A stretch of DNA of 64,000 nt from Anaerolineae bacterium (GTDB lineage: Bacteria; Chloroflexota; Anaerolineae; Anaerolineales; UBA4823). This document shows positions 63,386 to 64,000 of the stretch, in pieces. Position 1 is the first letter of the stretch, and every line of letters begins with the position of its first letter. Location of the stretch: positions 3,826 through 67,825 of the forward strand of contig QEXX01000004.1 in NCBI GenBank assembly GCA_003130835.1. Reading direction: 5' to 3'. Position numbers and translations under genes: made by a program. The notes under the pieces are model-generated. The model searched no databases and was not told the origin of the DNA. It worked only from the letters and a program-made list of their open reading frames with translations.

Positions 63386-64000
63386 ATGACTGAATACACT
63401 TCTCCCGAACTATTGACGATTAACGCAGCCCGTCTGCTACGCGATGGCGATGTCGTTTTTGTCGGGGTTGGCCTTCCAAACTTAGCCTGCAACCTTGCCC
63501 GACGCACCCATGCGCCAAATCTGGTGATGATCTATGAAGCTGGGGTGATTGGGGCACAACCGGCTCGATTACCGCTGTCCATTGGAGATCCAACCCTCGT
63601 TTCGGGGGCACTTTCAGTGTGTGGCATGTATGATATTTTTGCCCTTTACTTGCAGCGCGGAAACATTGATGTGGGATTTTTAGGAGGGGCTCAAATTGAT
63701 CGCTTTGGCAATATCAACGCAACAGTAATTGGAGATTATTCTCACCCAAAGGTGCGCCTACCGGGATCGGGCGGCTCAATGGAAATTGCTGCCTGGGCAA
63801 ATCGTTGCTATATCATTACCCCTCATCAGAAACGTCGTTTTCCAGAGAAGGTTGACTTTCGCACTTCGGCTGGTTTTTTGAACCATCGTCAAGAACGAGA
63901 GGCTGCCAAGTTGCGCGGCGCAGGCCCGCAAGCGGTTGTTACCGATATTGGTATTCTAGAACCGAATGAAGAGGGTGAATTGATTCTCACCGCCCTCCAT
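63386..64000 (+). CDS. CoA-transferase subunit B (GctB-like), 3'-truncated by the window edge
   Basis: The ATG at 63386 opens a frame that runs to the window end: MTEYTSPELLTINAARLL...GFLGGAQIDRFGNINATVIGDYSHPKVRLPGSGGSMEI. It is clearly paralogous to 15951..16718. Absent from the ORF track because no stop codon falls inside the window. Confidence 0.75.
   Translation, partial: MTEYTSPELLTINAARLLRDGDVVFVGVGLPNLACNLARRTHAPNLVMIYEAGVIGAQPARLPLSIGDPTLVSGALSVCGMYDIFALYLQRGNIDVGFLGGAQIDRFGNINATVIGDYSHPKVRLPGSGGSMEIAAWANRCYIITPHQKRRFPEKVDFRTSAGFLNHRQEREAAKLRGAGPQAVVTDIGILEPNEEGELILTALH

Noticed and set aside
1-64000. CRISPR arrays, rRNA genes, IS elements, prophage or toxin-antitoxin cassettes
   Set aside because: No regularly spaced direct repeats, no transposase, integrase or recombinase-like ORFs, and no rRNA-like sequence were seen on either strand. 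The only repeat families are the short tandem or direct repeats listed above and the paralogous CoA-transferase and thiolase genes.

Overview
A densely packed 64-kb chromosomal segment of moderate GC. I call about 60 protein-coding genes, one tRNA-Glu(UUC), one frameshifted alkaline phosphatase gene and one small gene relic. I see no rRNA, CRISPR array, transposase, integrase or prophage signature. The protein signatures suggest a Chloroflexota (Anaerolineae-like) genome: archaeal-type HMG-CoA synthase plus DUF35, separate AccC/BCCP/PccB subunits, a GAF-GAF-HisKA_3 kinase, the actinobacterial-type DUF3090/SCO1664/phosphomutase trio, and many GT-C membrane proteins. That taxonomic call is inference only. 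The dominant theme is acyl-CoA and central metabolism: a four-subunit 2-oxoacid:ferredoxin oxidoreductase; HMGR-HMGS-DUF35; two thiolases; Hbd; an acyl-CoA dehydrogenase; two paralogous glutaconate-type CoA-transferase A/B pairs; and a PccB/AccC/BCCP carboxylase operon. These sit among housekeeping genes (rarA, murJ, xseAB, gatCAB, murI, rplS, cysH, purH, htrA). The items most worth a second look are: (1) a roughly 460-nt promoter-proximal leader with two ATGA-chained small ORFs, a strong hairpin and three tandem 11-bp repeats in front of an ABC-2 exporter-ogt operon; (2) a 1533-aa single ORF fusing a complete YfhO-like GT-C module to a complete ArnT/PMT-like GT-C module, with an AF2212/DUF104-like segment in the linker; (3) the uncharacterised phosphomutase/DUF3090/PI-kinase-like trio; (4) a tight DUF429 / DAG-kinase-like / XPB-N-terminal-like (Helicase_C_3) operon of unknown function next to a response regulator fused to a Walker-A-degenerate CpaE/MinD-like domain; (5) HMGR-HMGS-DUF35 without the archaeal-type thiolase partner; (6) a deletion relic of a DNA-alkylation-repair gene inside gatCAB; and (7) unusual passenger genes inside the acyl-CoA carboxylase operon. 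All functional calls rest on motif and family recognition by eye. No database searches were run.
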